Position numbers and translations under genes: made by a program. From NCBI GenBank assembly GCA_021205185.1, contig JAJPYB010000011.1:33990-97989 (forward strand): a DNA stretch of 64,000 nucleotides, written 5' to 3'. The notes under the pieces were generated by a model, which was not told where the DNA came from, searched no databases, and was given only the letters and a program-made list of their open reading frames with translations. Below are positions 1 through 9,262 of the stretch, piece by piece; within the stretch, counting starts at the first letter, position 1, and every line of letters starts with the position of its first letter. Source of the stretch: Ruminococcus sp. (GTDB lineage: Bacteria > Bacillota > Clostridia > Oscillospirales > Ruminococcaceae).

Positions 1-1007
1 GTAACGAAAGCCGAAAGAGCTTCTCTTAACGGTGTGTACCACTGACCGTTGTAAACGATGTCAGCAAATTTAATTCCGATATACTGCTTCATTCTTGCAG
101 TTTCCTTGTCGATTGTAATAGTTTCCAGAACTTCATGTGCGTGGTACAGGATAGCTCCGCCAGGAGTTTCGTAAACGCCTCTTGACTTCATACCAACCAA
201 ACGGTTTTCAACAAGGTCAGCAAGTCCGATTCCGTTTTCGCCGCCAAGCTTATTGAGCGTTTCTACAACCTTTACGCCGTCCATCTCAACTCCGTCGATA
301 GCTGTTGGAACGCCCTTTTCAAAGTGAATTGTAACGTAGGTTGGCTTATCAGGCGCCTGAATTGGCGAAACGCCCATTTCCAAGAAGCCTTCCTTCTCAT
401 ATTGAGGCTCGTTTGCAGGGTCTTCAAGATCGAGTCCCTCGTGAGAAAGATGCCATAGGTTTTTATCCTTTGAGTAGTTTGTTTCTCTGTTGATTTTAAG
501 AGGAATGTTGTGAGCTTCTGCGTAGTCAATTTCCTCGTCACGGGATTTAAGATCCCAGATTCTCCAAGGTGCGATAATCTGCATATCAGGAGCGAACGCC
601 TTTATTGCAAGCTCGAATCTTACCTGATCGTTGCCCTTTCCTGTACAGCCGTGGCAAATAGCGTCTGCGCCCTCTTCGAGTGCGATTTCGGCAATTCTCT
701 TAGCTATAATAGGTCTTGCGAACGATGTTCCGAGCATATATCTGTTTTCGTAAATTGCTCCAGCCTGTACGGTTGGGAAAACGTAGTCTTCGATAAATTC
801 CTTCTTGAGGTCGAGAATGTAAAGCTTTGAAGCGCCTGTCTTTTTAGCCTTTTCCTCAAGTCCGTCAAGCTCTGTTCCCTGTCCTACATCTCCTGAAACT
901 GCTATAACCTCGCAGTTGTTGTAATTTTCCTTGAGCCACGCAATGATGATTGACGTGTCAAGTCCGCCTGAGTATGCCAGAACTACCTTTTTGATTTCCT
1001 TTGCCAT
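1..1007 (-). CDS. argG: argininosuccinate synthase; the C-terminal end runs off the window
   Basis: I translated the minus strand from the ATG at 1007-1005: [19 protein letters not shown]...[15 protein letters not shown]. It has the SGGxDTS ATP-pyrophosphatase motif. The frame stays open to position 1. It is absent from the ORF track because there is no stop in the window. Confidence 0.9.
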   Translation of the reverse strand, partial: MAKEIKKVVLAYSGGLDTSIIIAWLKENYNNCEVIAVSGDVGQGTELDGLEEKAKKTGASKLYILDLKKEFIEDYVFPTVQAGAIYENRYMLGTSFARPIIAKRIAEIALEEGADAICHGCTGKGNDQVRFELAIKAFAPDMQIIAPWRIWDLKSRDEEIDYAEAHNIPLKINRETNYSKDKNLWHLSHEGLDLEDPANEPQYEKEGFLEMGVSPIQAPDKPTYVTIHFEKGVPTAIDGVEMDGVKVVETLNKLGGENGIGLADLVENRLVGMKSRGVYETPGGAILYHAHEVLETITIDKETARMKQYIGIKFADIVYNGQWYTPLREALSAFV

Positions 1008-1084
1008 TGTTATTAACTCCTTTATTTCAATAAATAATTAACTGTGATCTTAAAATCTGCGCTTCTTTCAAAACGCTATGGTTT

Positions 1085-1112
1085 ATTATACACTTCTTTT
1101 TACTCTTGTCAA
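1085..1112 (-). promoter_or_regulatory. sigma-A-type promoter candidate for argG (TTGACA-N16-TATAAT on the minus strand)
   Basis: The plus strand reads tgtcaa at 1107-1112 and attata at 1085-1090, about 80 nt upstream of the argG ATG. Confidence 0.5.
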
Positions 1113-1191
1113 GCGTTTATTCAAGAAAATTCATATTTTTTTGCAAATTTCTGGTAATTTAATGAATATTTACTGCATATATTCAGGCGTT

Positions 1192-1209
1192 TATGAATAT
1201 TTATTCATT
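1192..1209. promoter_or_regulatory. ARG-box-like palindrome; possible ArgR/AhrC operator
   Basis: TATGAATATTTATTCATT fits the classical ARG box pattern TNTGAATWWWWATTCANW. A weaker copy, AATGAATATTTACTGCAT, lies at 1161-1178. Both are upstream of the argG promoter. Confidence 0.4.
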
Positions 1210-1492
1210 TCCTGTGCTTCTTACGCTTTTTGTTAAACTCATTTATATCAATTCCTGCGGCTTCATATTCCGCCTTAAGCTTAGCGTTAAGCTTCGCTCG
1301 TGAGGTTGTAACATAGAAGTTCAGCGCAGTAGCGCCGACTCCGCACAAAATTGCAAGAGCTATATACAACGCCTTCGATTCAGCTTGTACCGCTAATGCG
1401 ACAAAAATAAGCGCCGCCACATACAGCACATAATATAGCACCATAAGCCACGACAGCTGTCTTACCTTTTTTATTGGATCTGTCTCCTTCAT
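1205..1492 (-). CDS. small hypothetical membrane protein (95 aa, two predicted TM helices, basic C-terminus)
   Basis: ORF track. It has hydrophobic stretches and abuts the trmB stop (1493), suggesting an operon. Confidence 0.55.
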   Translation of the reverse strand: MKETDPIKKVRQLSWLMVLYYVLYVAALIFVALAVQAESKALYIALAILCGVGATALNFYVTTSRAKLNAKLKAEYEAAGIDINEFNKKRKKHRK

Positions 1493-2173
1493 TTATTCCT
1501 CCGTATTTAAATACGCTTCAAGCCGATAGATGTTAAGCCCCTGATTTAAAAATCGCTCCTCATACTCGGTAGGTATGTTGCCCTCAAAATCTGTTGAATA
1601 AAGGTCGAACGTAACATTTTTCAGCGCAAAGCCCGACTGTGAAAGCTGTTCGATTGAAAACTCAAAGAAGCGTGGGTTGTCGGTCTTTTGGTGAATCTCT
1701 GCTCCCTGCTTCATAATTTCTTTATAGATATTTAAAAAGCTCCGGTGAGTAAGCCTGTGCGAAGCGTAACGCTTTTTAGGAAACGGACAGGAAAAATTAA
1801 GATAAATTCTGTCTACGCTGTCAGGCTTTAAAAACTTTGGTAAAAGCTCCGCCGGGCCAAGCAGGAATTTAAGGTTTTTAAGGTTTTGCTCCTGCGCCAG
1901 TTCAGCCGCACAGACTATGACGTTGCTTTCCTTTTCAACCGCTAAAATATTCTTGTCAGGATTTCTCCTCGCCAGCTCCGCTGCGAACCTTCCCTTACCG
2001 CAGCCGACTTCAAGATATAAGGGATTGTTATTTCCAAACAGCTTTTCAAGGTCTATATATTCCTTCTTTTCAACACCCGTTAAGAAGTTCTTGTCCTCGC
2101 CGTACATAGATATTATAATATCCTCGCAGGCGCAGAGTCGCTCCTCAAGGTGCTTTTTTCTCCTCATTCGCAT
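1493..2173 (-). CDS. trmB: tRNA (guanine-N7)-methyltransferase
   Basis: 226 aa with the EVGCGKGRF SAM-binding motif and TrmB-like length and layout. Confidence 0.85.
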   Translation of the reverse strand: MRMRRKKHLEERLCACEDIIISMYGEDKNFLTGVEKKEYIDLEKLFGNNNPLYLEVGCGKGRFAAELARRNPDKNILAVEKESNVIVCAAELAQEQNLKNLKFLLGPAELLPKFLKPDSVDRIYLNFSCPFPKKRYASHRLTHRSFLNIYKEIMKQGAEIHQKTDNPRFFEFSIEQLSQSGFALKNVTFDLYSTDFEGNIPTEYEERFLNQGLNIYRLEAYLNTEE

Positions 2174-2196
2174 AAAAGCTCCCCTTTGCGCCTTAT

Positions 2197-2763
2197 TTAA
2201 AGATAAACGTCGAGATCGTCGTCCTTAAAGGCGTTGTCAACGGGATTTTCATTTTCTTTCGCTTCAAGCTTATCCAAGCGCTTGTCAATTCGACTTGATA
2301 AATTGTCCCTGCTGTCGCTTGCAGCTTCTGGGGTAACTGATTCCGCTTGCTCAGTTTGCTCGCTCTCGTCAACAGTAGCCGCTTCGCTCTCATTAGAAAC
2401 TTCTGCCGCTTCACTAGGCTGTTCGTCAGAAGTTTTCGTCTCTTGAGCTTCAGTCTTTTCGCTCTTCTTTTTCTTGCGTTTCAGGATAGTATTTATAATC
2501 CAGAAAACTATTATCAGAACGACGAGCACAATTTCTATAATTTCGACCGCAAAGATAAGGTCATCCTTCGACTGGAAGTTGTCAGTCTGAGTGATAAGCG
2601 TCAAAGCTACCGCCGCAGCCATCAGAAGATAATGAACGCCGCCCTTTCTGTAAAACTGAATAAAGAATATCGCCGCCGCTGCTACTACAATAAAAATATG
2701 CAGTCCCAGCGAAAAAGGCGTATAGATATTTTGAATACTTTCTGTTTCTTCTGCAAAAAACAT
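2197..2763 (-). CDS. hypothetical membrane protein with an acidic, low-complexity C-terminal tail
   Basis: 188 aa. The N-terminal half is hydrophobic (3-4 TM helices) and the C-terminal half is rich in E/S/D. Confidence 0.5.
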   Translation of the reverse strand: MFFAEETESIQNIYTPFSLGLHIFIVVAAAAIFFIQFYRKGGVHYLLMAAAVALTLITQTDNFQSKDDLIFAVEIIEIVLVVLIIVFWIINTILKRKKKKSEKTEAQETKTSDEQPSEAAEVSNESEAATVDESEQTEQAESVTPEAASDSRDNLSSRIDKRLDKLEAKENENPVDNAFKDDDLDVYL

Positions 2764-2926
2764 TTATTACACCACCCTGAAAGCTTTGGCAGGAGTATTA
2801 CCCGCCCTTTTATTTTTCCCATAGCTATACAAAAAGCTACGTTAAAATATTGTACCATAAAAGCATACAAAAAGCAAGCAAAAGAATTTTCACAAGCTTT
2901 TCACTCTACTTATTGCAATATAGGGG

Positions 2927-2955
2927 TTGACATTTGAGTGTAAAAGATGTAGAAT
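2927..2955 (+). promoter_or_regulatory. sigma-A promoter candidate (TTGACA-N17-TAGAAT) for the NlpC/P60 gene
   Basis: ttgaca at 2927-2932 and tagaat at 2950-2955, about 65 nt upstream of the start at 3022. Confidence 0.55.
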
Positions 2956-3021
2956 TAAATTGTTACATAACGATTACAAGAGTTACAAATTGGTATTTCA
3001 ATTCCTGCGTAGGAGGGCAAG

Positions 3022-4353
3022 ATGTCTAAAAGATTAAAAATCAAACGAGTGATTTCAGCCTTGACGGCTTTAATAATAGTATGCTCTATATCCCTTACAG
3101 CTACAAGCGGAATTTCATCCTCTGCTGTACCTGAGGACGCATCGTACGAGGAGCAGTTAGCGGAGCTTGAAAGACAGGCTGAGGAAATAGATGAAAAAAT
3201 CAACAGCGCAAATTCCGACATTGAGGACGCAGAAGCTCAAAAGGAAGCTATTGAGGAAAAGATTGAAATCGTTTTACAAAGGATTTCAACTATCGAAGAA
3301 TACAGCGAGCAGCTCGCTATTGAAATTGCGGATACTGACGCTCAGATGAGAGAGGTTCAGCAAGAGGTCGCGGACAAGAAGGAGGAAATCGAAACTGGAG
3401 TTTCTGACTTCAAGCAACGTCTTCGCGCTATGTATATGACCGATTCCAGCTCGTACATATCTATTCTTCTTTCGTCGTCAGACTTTTTTGATATGATGAT
3501 GAGAACAGAGCTTATAACCAGAGTTGCTGAGCACGACGACGCGGCGATTGACGCTTTGGTTGAAACGAAAAACGAGTACGAAGCAGCTCAGGAGGAGCTT
3601 GAGGTTAAGCTCGATGAGCTTAGCGAAAAGTCGAGCGAGTATAAAACTCAGCTGCAGGACCTTCAGGATCAAAACGATGAGCTGGAGGAGCTTCGTGAGC
3701 AAAGCGATATGACAATAGAGGAGTTAAACGCTCTGAAGGAAGAGCTTGAGGAGCAAAGCGAGGATATTGCCGAGCAAAAGAAAACTCTCACAACGACCAC
3801 TACCACAACCACAACTACGACCACAACAACTACAACAACTACTACAACCACAACGACAACTACTACATCAAACGACAGCGACAGCTCTGAGCAGACTACA
3901 GAAGCACAGACAAGCAATTCGGACGAGCAGACAACAACTACCACAACTGCTGAAAGCTCGTCGGACAGCAGCTCAAGCACAGCGACCTCTAGCGATATTG
4001 ATATAGTTGTAGCGACTGCAAAAAGTATGGTCGGCGGCTCTTACGTCTGGGGAGCTTCAAGCCAGTACGCAGCAGACTGTTCGGGACTTACGATGTACTG
4101 CTATTCCAAAATAGGTATATCGCTTCCGCACAAGGCTTCGTCGCAAGCTTCTTACGGATATTCTGTAAGCTACTCTGATATGCAGCCCGGAGATTTGATT
4201 TTCTTTGGAAGTCCTGCATACCACGTTGCGATTTACGTTGGCAACGGAATGATGGTTCACGCAGAAAATTCCTACACGGGAATTGTTTACTCTTACGTCA
4301 GCACATTTGCTACATACAATTCCATTTCAGCAATCAGAAGAATAGTTGGATAG
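3022..4353 (+). CDS. secreted cell-wall hydrolase: coiled-coil N-domain, poly-Thr/Ser linker and C-terminal NlpC/P60 endopeptidase (CwlO-like architecture)
   Basis: 443 aa with a signal/TM segment and a long E/Q/L-rich coiled region. The C-terminus reads YVWGA...DCSGL...H, a typical NlpC/P60 Cys-His core. Confidence 0.85.
   Translation: MSKRLKIKRVISALTALIIVCSISLTATSGISSSAVPEDASYEEQLAELERQAEEIDEKINSANSDIEDAEAQKEAIEEKIEIVLQRISTIEEYSEQLAIEIADTDAQMREVQQEVADKKEEIETGVSDFKQRLRAMYMTDSSSYISILLSSSDFFDMMMRTELITRVAEHDDAAIDALVETKNEYEAAQEELEVKLDELSEKSSEYKTQLQDLQDQNDELEELREQSDMTIEELNALKEELEEQSEDIAEQKKTLTTTTTTTTTTTTTTTTTTTTTTTTTTSNDSDSSEQTTEAQTSNSDEQTTTTTTAESSSDSSSSTATSSDIDIVVATAKSMVGGSYVWGASSQYAADCSGLTMYCYSKIGISLPHKASSQASYGYSVSYSDMQPGDLIFFGSPAYHVAIYVGNGMMVHAENSYTGIVYSYVSTFATYNSISAIRRIVG
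3790..3867 (+). repeat. imperfect (ACN)26 codon repeat encoding a poly-threonine linker
   Basis: 26 consecutive Thr codons (aca/acg/acc/act) read directly within the 3022-4353 CDS. Confidence 0.95.
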
Positions 4354-4376
4354 ATTCCCCTAATTTTTTAAATGCG

Positions 4377-4417
4377 CAGCGTCCCTGAGCCGAAAGGTTC
4401 AGGGACGCTGTTTTATT
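4377..4417. terminator. rho-independent terminator hairpin between convergent genes
   Basis: CAGCGTCCCTGA-gccgaaaggt-TCAGGGACGCTG forms a 12-bp stem, followed by TTTTATT. Confidence 0.8.
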
Positions 4418-4453
4418 AAGGAGAAAATTCTCAAAATGGGGCTGCCCCCAACA

Positions 4454-5557
4454 TTAAATCGTATTATTAGCAAGAAGCTTCTCAACCTGACTCTTTTTTT
4501 CAAATAATACGCAGCCGCCGGTATGGTCCTCCATCAATACATCGCCATCCTGCAAAGCTGTAAATAGCTTTGAATGAAGCGCTTCTCTAACTGATGTGTC
4601 ACGAACATTGATGTCTGAATATGGAGAAAACGGACAAGGCTCTGCGCCGCCATGAGAATTGATATGGAAAAATCCTCTGCCTGCGGCTATGCAACCACCT
4701 GTTGCCTTTTCGTCTCCGGGAAACGAGAGAAATATCATTCCGTTATAGGTTTCACGAAGGTGGGAAATTTTATTGTTGAGAAATTCTCTTTCGGTGTCCT
4801 GCAAAGCAAGCTCTGTGCTGTCCTGAGTAACCGGCACATATTCAACGTAAATTATTACCTTGCAACCACGTTTTTTTAGGTCTTCAACAAAATCGTCTGA
4901 GGTTACCTCTTTTATATTTTCTGTTGTGACTGTAACTGACGCTCCGAAAATCAAATGATTTTCCTGCATTTTGTCCATTACTTTTATCAATCTTTGATAA
5001 ATGCCTTTTCCACGGCGCTCATCGGTTTTGTTCTCATTGCCTTCAATACTAAAAACAGGTAGCAAATTTCTTGCCTTATCGAAGAGCTCTATGTAGCTAT
5101 CTCCTAAAAGTGTTCCATTCGTAAAAATTGGAAATAAAATCTCTGGTATCTCAGAAGCTTTTTGTAGAATATCTTTACGAATCAGCGGCTCACCGCCAGC
5201 TAAAAGAATAAAGCCGACTCCCAAATCCTTAGCTTCCTTGAAAATTTGCTCCCATTCGTCCGCTGAAAGCTGTGCAAAGGCTGCTTCATCTGAACAGCTA
5301 TGATTTTCTCTTGCATAACATCCATCACAATGCAGATTACAGGTGCTGGTAACGCTGGCAATTAAAAACAGAGGAATGTGCTCTCCCTGCTTCTCTAGTT
5401 CAGCTCGTCTTTCAGACGATTTTCGACTTGCAAGCAGGTAACGAGCCATAAAAACGCTTTCCCGTGGATCTGAGATTGTAGCCTTTATAGCGGTTTTGAC
5501 AATTCCTTCAACGCCCTTAGAAAGATATTCTCCAAGATTAAAATTATTATCAGCCAT
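4454..5557 (-). CDS. radical SAM protein (function not assignable)
   Basis: 367 aa with the CNLHCDGCY (CxxxCxxC) cluster motif and C-terminal Cys residues. It is translationally coupled to the flavodoxin gene. Confidence 0.75.
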   Translation of the reverse strand: MADNNFNLGEYLSKGVEGIVKTAIKATISDPRESVFMARYLLASRKSSERRAELEKQGEHIPLFLIASVTSTCNLHCDGCYARENHSCSDEAAFAQLSADEWEQIFKEAKDLGVGFILLAGGEPLIRKDILQKASEIPEILFPIFTNGTLLGDSYIELFDKARNLLPVFSIEGNENKTDERRGKGIYQRLIKVMDKMQENHLIFGASVTVTTENIKEVTSDDFVEDLKKRGCKVIIYVEYVPVTQDSTELALQDTEREFLNNKISHLRETYNGMIFLSFPGDEKATGGCIAAGRGFFHINSHGGAEPCPFSPYSDINVRDTSVREALHSKLFTALQDGDVLMEDHTGGCVLFEKKSQVEKLLANNTI

Positions 5558-6006
5558 TAAGCTCGCTTCCCTTCCAACACGTGTTTAGTGAATTTTGCAG
5601 CTGCTCTTAAATCGTCGCTGTTTGGTCTTCCCTTATGAAGTGCTGTAAACTCACCTCGACAGTAGAAGCTATTGCTGTCAACTTTGATTTTTCGTTCCTG
5701 CAAATATTTTTTGATCTCTGGTAAGGCTCTTTCTGCAAGAGCAGAGGTTGAGAATACCACTACCCTACCAACCTTGCTTCTGTCAAGCGACTTAATGTAC
5801 TTCTTTACCTCTGAGCTGATTCCTCCCCAATAAACGGAAGCACCCAAAAACAGCACGTCAACGTAGTCGTTCAACGGTTCGGGAATTTTTTCCGTTTTAC
5901 AGCCTGATGTTTTTGCAATAACATCAGCAAGCTTTTTTGTGTTGCCTGATTTTGAAAAATAGCGAACAGCTATCTTTAATTCTTCCACAGTAATTCCTCC
6001 ATTCAT
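5557..6006 (-). CDS. flavodoxin-like protein
   Basis: 149 aa with an N-terminal SKSGNTKK FMN-phosphate loop. Its end overlaps the radical SAM start by 1 nt. Confidence 0.7.
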   Translation of the reverse strand: MNGGITVEELKIAVRYFSKSGNTKKLADVIAKTSGCKTEKIPEPLNDYVDVLFLGASVYWGGISSEVKKYIKSLDRSKVGRVVVFSTSALAERALPEIKKYLQERKIKVDSNSFYCRGEFTALHKGRPNSDDLRAAAKFTKHVLEGKRA

Positions 6007-6159
6007 ACCAAAAACTTTACAAATTATATAGTAGCTCCGAAAAAGGCTTTACTCTTAATTCAAAACCTGCTATAATATATTATAGTCACAAAAATACCAA
6101 TGTCAATTACGCAGTTTTTGTTGAGCAGGTACTAAAAAAATTACTATGGAGGAATAATT

Positions 6160-6522
6160 ATGGCTAACGAACATATATGCCCTTGCACAAAAAGCTGTCC
6201 CTTACAGCGAGCTATGGCTTCTATCGGCGGAAGGTGGAAGATGTCAATCCTGTGTTCATTATCTCACGATGGCACAACCAGATTTAACGACCTGAAGAAA
6301 AAGATGAACGGTATTTCAAACACCATGCTTGCAAAATCATTAAAAGAGCTTGAGGATGACGGCCTTGTAAAGCGCTCTGAATTTTTAGAAATTCCAGTTC
6401 GTGTAGAGTACGAAATAACCGATGCGGTTCGCTCTTTGATGCCGATTTTAACAGAGCTTGCTGTATGGGAAAGCAAATTAGAGGCCCAAATAAGCTCAAA
6501 TGACAATGAAACTAAAGAATGA
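6160..6522 (+). CDS. HxlR-family winged-helix transcriptional regulator
   Basis: 120 aa with GGRWKMSIL...LKELEDDGLVKR, typical of HxlR. It is divergent from the flavodoxin/radical SAM pair. Confidence 0.85.
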   Translation: MANEHICPCTKSCPLQRAMASIGGRWKMSILCSLSHDGTTRFNDLKKKMNGISNTMLAKSLKELEDDGLVKRSEFLEIPVRVEYEITDAVRSLMPILTELAVWESKLEAQISSNDNETKE

Positions 6523-6529
6523 AGGAAAA

Positions 6530-6571
6530 CTCACCGCCCGAAACCAAAAGGTTCCGAGCGGTGAGTTTTTT
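6530..6571 (+). terminator. rho-independent terminator after the HxlR gene
   Basis: CTCACCGC...GCGGTGAG stem followed by TTTTTT. Confidence 0.7.
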
Positions 6572-6773
6572 ATTTCTGACTCTTTACGTTTTATTTCCTG
6601 CAAACTGCGCCATATAGAGCGAATAATATGCGCCCTGCTTTTCCAAAAGCTCTTCGTGCGTTCCCGTTTCGACTACTCTTCCCTTTTCCATAACGACTAT
6701 TACGTCTGCGTCCTGAATTGTCGAAAGACGGTGGGCAATAATCAGGCTTGTGCGGTTTTTCATAAGATTTACC
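6559..6773. repeat. copy 1 of a ~215-bp direct repeat (roughly 90% identical by eye to 9048-9262)
   Basis: Base-by-base reading: ggtgagttt..tatttctgactctttacgttttatttcctgc..catatagagcga..cataagatttacc occurs at both places. Confidence 0.9.
6584..6773 (-). pseudogene. orphan 3'-terminal fragment of an ABC exporter gene (duplicate of the 3' end of 9073-10887)
   Basis: It lies within repeat copy 1 and has no upstream remainder of the gene. Confidence 0.8.
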
Positions 6774-7109
6774 GTTCTCGTCCACTAACGTTCTGCCGCG
6801 AATTGCGGGCGACGCTACAACATAACCGTGCAGCAAAGCCTGCCTTATAGTATTGCTTTTTGAAGGCTCCTCTGCGTTTGCAGGGCAATAGCCGCCGACA
6901 GCATTTGGCATAAAAATCGGCGCAGTCTTTAGCGTATATCCGTTTATGCTTTGACCGCTAAAATATGCCAATGGCGCATAGATATTCATTCTGTGAAAAT
7001 TCTGTATCGGCTTGTCGGCAAAAATAACATCTCTGTACGCACGGTAAGGAAGCTTTTCGCCGTCGATTTCTACACTCTCGTCAAAAAAATTATTCTTATT
7101 AAAATTCAT
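6774..7109 (-). pseudogene. N-terminal fragment (~112 aa) of a tannase/feruloyl-esterase-like alpha/beta hydrolase
   Basis: MNFNKNNFF...YRAYRDVIF...INGYTLKTAPIFMPNAVGGY...HGYVVASPAIRGRT resembles the N-termini of bacterial tannase-type esterases. The frame runs straight into the ABC fragment, so ORF-track entry 6591-7157 is a chimera. Confidence 0.6.
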
Positions 7110-7309
7110 AGTTACTTCCCCTGATTGCTTGCTTTCGATTCTTATTGTACCACACATTTATAGATTTTACCAGACAGTTGGTAAAATAAATATTTCTAAG
7201 TGAAAAAGTAGTAGCAAAGCTCGTATTGCAGCAAATTGACATTCATATAAATTTGTGATAAGCTTTAATAAAAAGGTTCAATTTTAACAATCGAGAGGAT
7301 GCAAAACTT

Positions 7310-8983
7310 ATGAAAATCAAAAGGCTTCTCGCTGTTTCCTTAGCAAGCTTATTGCTCTGCTCCTGCTCTGCAAAGGGCAATTCTTCCACCGTTGAAAAGG
7401 AAACTACACAAGCTTCTAGCACTACTGAGCAGACGACTGCCAAAGCCACAACTACTATCACGACCAAGGCAGAAAATTCTTCTGACAATAATGATAAAAA
7501 CGGCTCGCTCACATGCAAAAGCTCAGCTGAGATAGTAGCTGATATGGGATTCGGCTTTAATATTGGCAATTCGCTCGACTCGCAAAGCGGTACCGTATCG
7601 GACGTTTTAGAGCACGAAGCTGCTTGGGGAAATCCTGTAATAACTCAGAAGCTAATAGATTCTATTGCTGCCGCAGGCTTTACAGCCGTTCGTATTCCAA
7701 CCACTTGGCAGGACTTCATTTCAGACGACGAAAGCTACACCATTTCCGCCGAATATTTAGCAAGAGTTAAAGAGGTGGTTGACTATTGCTACGCAAATGA
7801 CATGTATGTAATTTTAAATACTCACCACGAGGATTGGCTTGAAAACGAAAATCTGATCTACAACAAAGAGGAAATTGCACAGGAAATTTTCGCTGTCTGG
7901 ACGCAGATAGCAGATTATTTTGCAGATTACGACCAGCACCTTATTTTCGAGGGACTTAACGAGCCCAGACTTAAAGGCACAGACATTGAATGGACAGGAA
8001 ACGAGGAAAGCTACGAGGTCATAAATTATTACGAGCAGATATTTGTTAATGCTGTCAGGGGAAACAGCAAGGGCTACAACAACGAGCGCTGCCTTATGAT
8101 AACTGGCTATGCGGCGTCAAGCTCTGAAAGCATTATGAGCGCAATTTCTATTCCCACCTACAACGGCGAAGCTGCAAGCAACCTGATAGTTTCAATTCAT
8201 TGCTATTCGCCTTATGACTTTTGTCTGAGTACTGCTCAGCAAACCTTCGACCCCGAAAGCTCTGCAGATACAAGCGCTATAGACAGCGTTTTTGAGGCTA
8301 TCAAGTCTGAATTTTCTGATAATAATATTCCTGTCGTAATTACAGAAACAGGTGCTACAGGTAAGGATGACGAACAATCTCGTACAAGCTGGGCTACATA
8401 TATGGCTACAAAGGCGGCGGAGTACGGCGTACCTATATTTCTTTGGGATAACGGCTCTCAAGGTACGGGAAGCGAAAATCATTGCTACTTTGACAGAAGC
8501 ACAGGTGAGCTTGTAGCAGAAGACTTTGTAAACGCTCTTATGCAGGCAAAAGCAGTCACCGAATGGGGTTGTATGCTTTCAAGCGAGGAAGCAGAGACAG
8601 AATCGCTTATAGGAGGCGAGGTTCTTGCTTCTTACGAAGACGGTCTGACAAGCGACGACGAATGGGACGCTTCTTACATTTGCCTTAGTGCTAAGGAAAG
8701 CTACTATAGCGACGAAAGCAAAATAGCTATTGTTTTTACCGGCAGCGGCGAGCCAAAAATGGTTCTTGACAGCGAACAGCTAAGTCTATGGTGGATGCCG
8801 GTAGACGCTGACAGCATAGAAACAGCAGGAGATAAAAAGGTTGCGTATTTTTCGTCGGACAGCATAAAATCGGTTGTTGAAAGCTACGGAGTGACAAGCT
8901 ACTCGCAGCTCAGAAATATGTCCTTCCTTTCGTCGGGCGGAACAATTACCACATATGAAATTTCGATGATCAACAACAGCTAA
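7310..8983 (+). CDS. lipoprotein GH5 endoglucanase (cellulase) with a Thr/Ser-rich linker and an uncharacterised ~150-aa C-terminal domain
   Basis: 557 aa with an LLLCSCSA lipobox. GH5 hallmarks are present: FEGLNEPR (acid/base Glu) and VVITETG (nucleophile Glu). Confidence 0.85.
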   Translation: MKIKRLLAVSLASLLLCSCSAKGNSSTVEKETTQASSTTEQTTAKATTTITTKAENSSDNNDKNGSLTCKSSAEIVADMGFGFNIGNSLDSQSGTVSDVLEHEAAWGNPVITQKLIDSIAAAGFTAVRIPTTWQDFISDDESYTISAEYLARVKEVVDYCYANDMYVILNTHHEDWLENENLIYNKEEIAQEIFAVWTQIADYFADYDQHLIFEGLNEPRLKGTDIEWTGNEESYEVINYYEQIFVNAVRGNSKGYNNERCLMITGYAASSSESIMSAISIPTYNGEAASNLIVSIHCYSPYDFCLSTAQQTFDPESSADTSAIDSVFEAIKSEFSDNNIPVVITETGATGKDDEQSRTSWATYMATKAAEYGVPIFLWDNGSQGTGSENHCYFDRSTGELVAEDFVNALMQAKAVTEWGCMLSSEEAETESLIGGEVLASYEDGLTSDDEWDASYICLSAKESYYSDESKIAIVFTGSGEPKMVLDSEQLSLWWMPVDADSIETAGDKKVAYFSSDSIKSVVESYGVTSYSQLRNMSFLSSGGTITTYEISMINNS

Positions 8984-9020
8984 GCATTGCCGACTATAGA
9001 AATTGCTGATAAAAAGCTAA

Positions 9021-9060
9021 ACCGCCCTGAGCCTTTCGGTTCAGGGCGGTGAGTTTGTTT
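9021..9060 (+). terminator. rho-independent terminator after the GH5 gene
   Basis: ACCGCCCTGA-gcctttcggt-TCAGGGCGGT stem followed by a T-rich tail. Confidence 0.75.
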
Positions 9061-9262
9061 ATTTCTGACTCTTTACGTTTTATTTCCTGCGAACTGTGCC
9101 ATATAGAGCGAGTAATAAGCGCCCTGCTTTTCCAAAAGCTCTTCGTGCGTTCCGGTTTCAACTACTCTTCCCTTTTCCATAACGACTATTATGTCTGCGT
9201 CCTGAATTGTGGAAAGACGATGCGCAATGATTAGGCTTGTGCGGTTTTTCATAAGATTTACC
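9048..9262. repeat. copy 2 of the ~215-bp direct repeat (the intact 3' end of the ABC gene plus half of the terminator)
   Basis: See the 6559-6773 entry. Confidence 0.9.

Noticed and set aside
272-830. ORF-track entries 272-541 (-) and 510-830 (+), and many similar 60-110 aa entries throughout (for example 1917-2228, 2234-2446, 8192-8482, 9458-9652, 12230-12568, 48247-48627, 49985-50491).
   Set aside because: They lie inside, antisense to, or out of frame with long, homology-supported genes (argG, trmB, GH5, ABC, ilvC, ilvB and others). Their composition is low-complexity or stop-avoiding, so I treat them as shadow ORFs.
3669-3980. 103-aa ORF containing a long poly-valine run.
   Set aside because: It is the antisense reading of the poly-Thr (ACN) linker of the NlpC/P60 gene, so it is an artefact of the repeat.
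6591-7157. 188-aa ORF offered as a single gene.
   Set aside because: It is a chimera. The first ~130 aa are a truncated tannase-like esterase (with spurious upstream extension from an alternative start). The rest is the wrong-frame reading of the duplicated ABC-gene 3' fragment.
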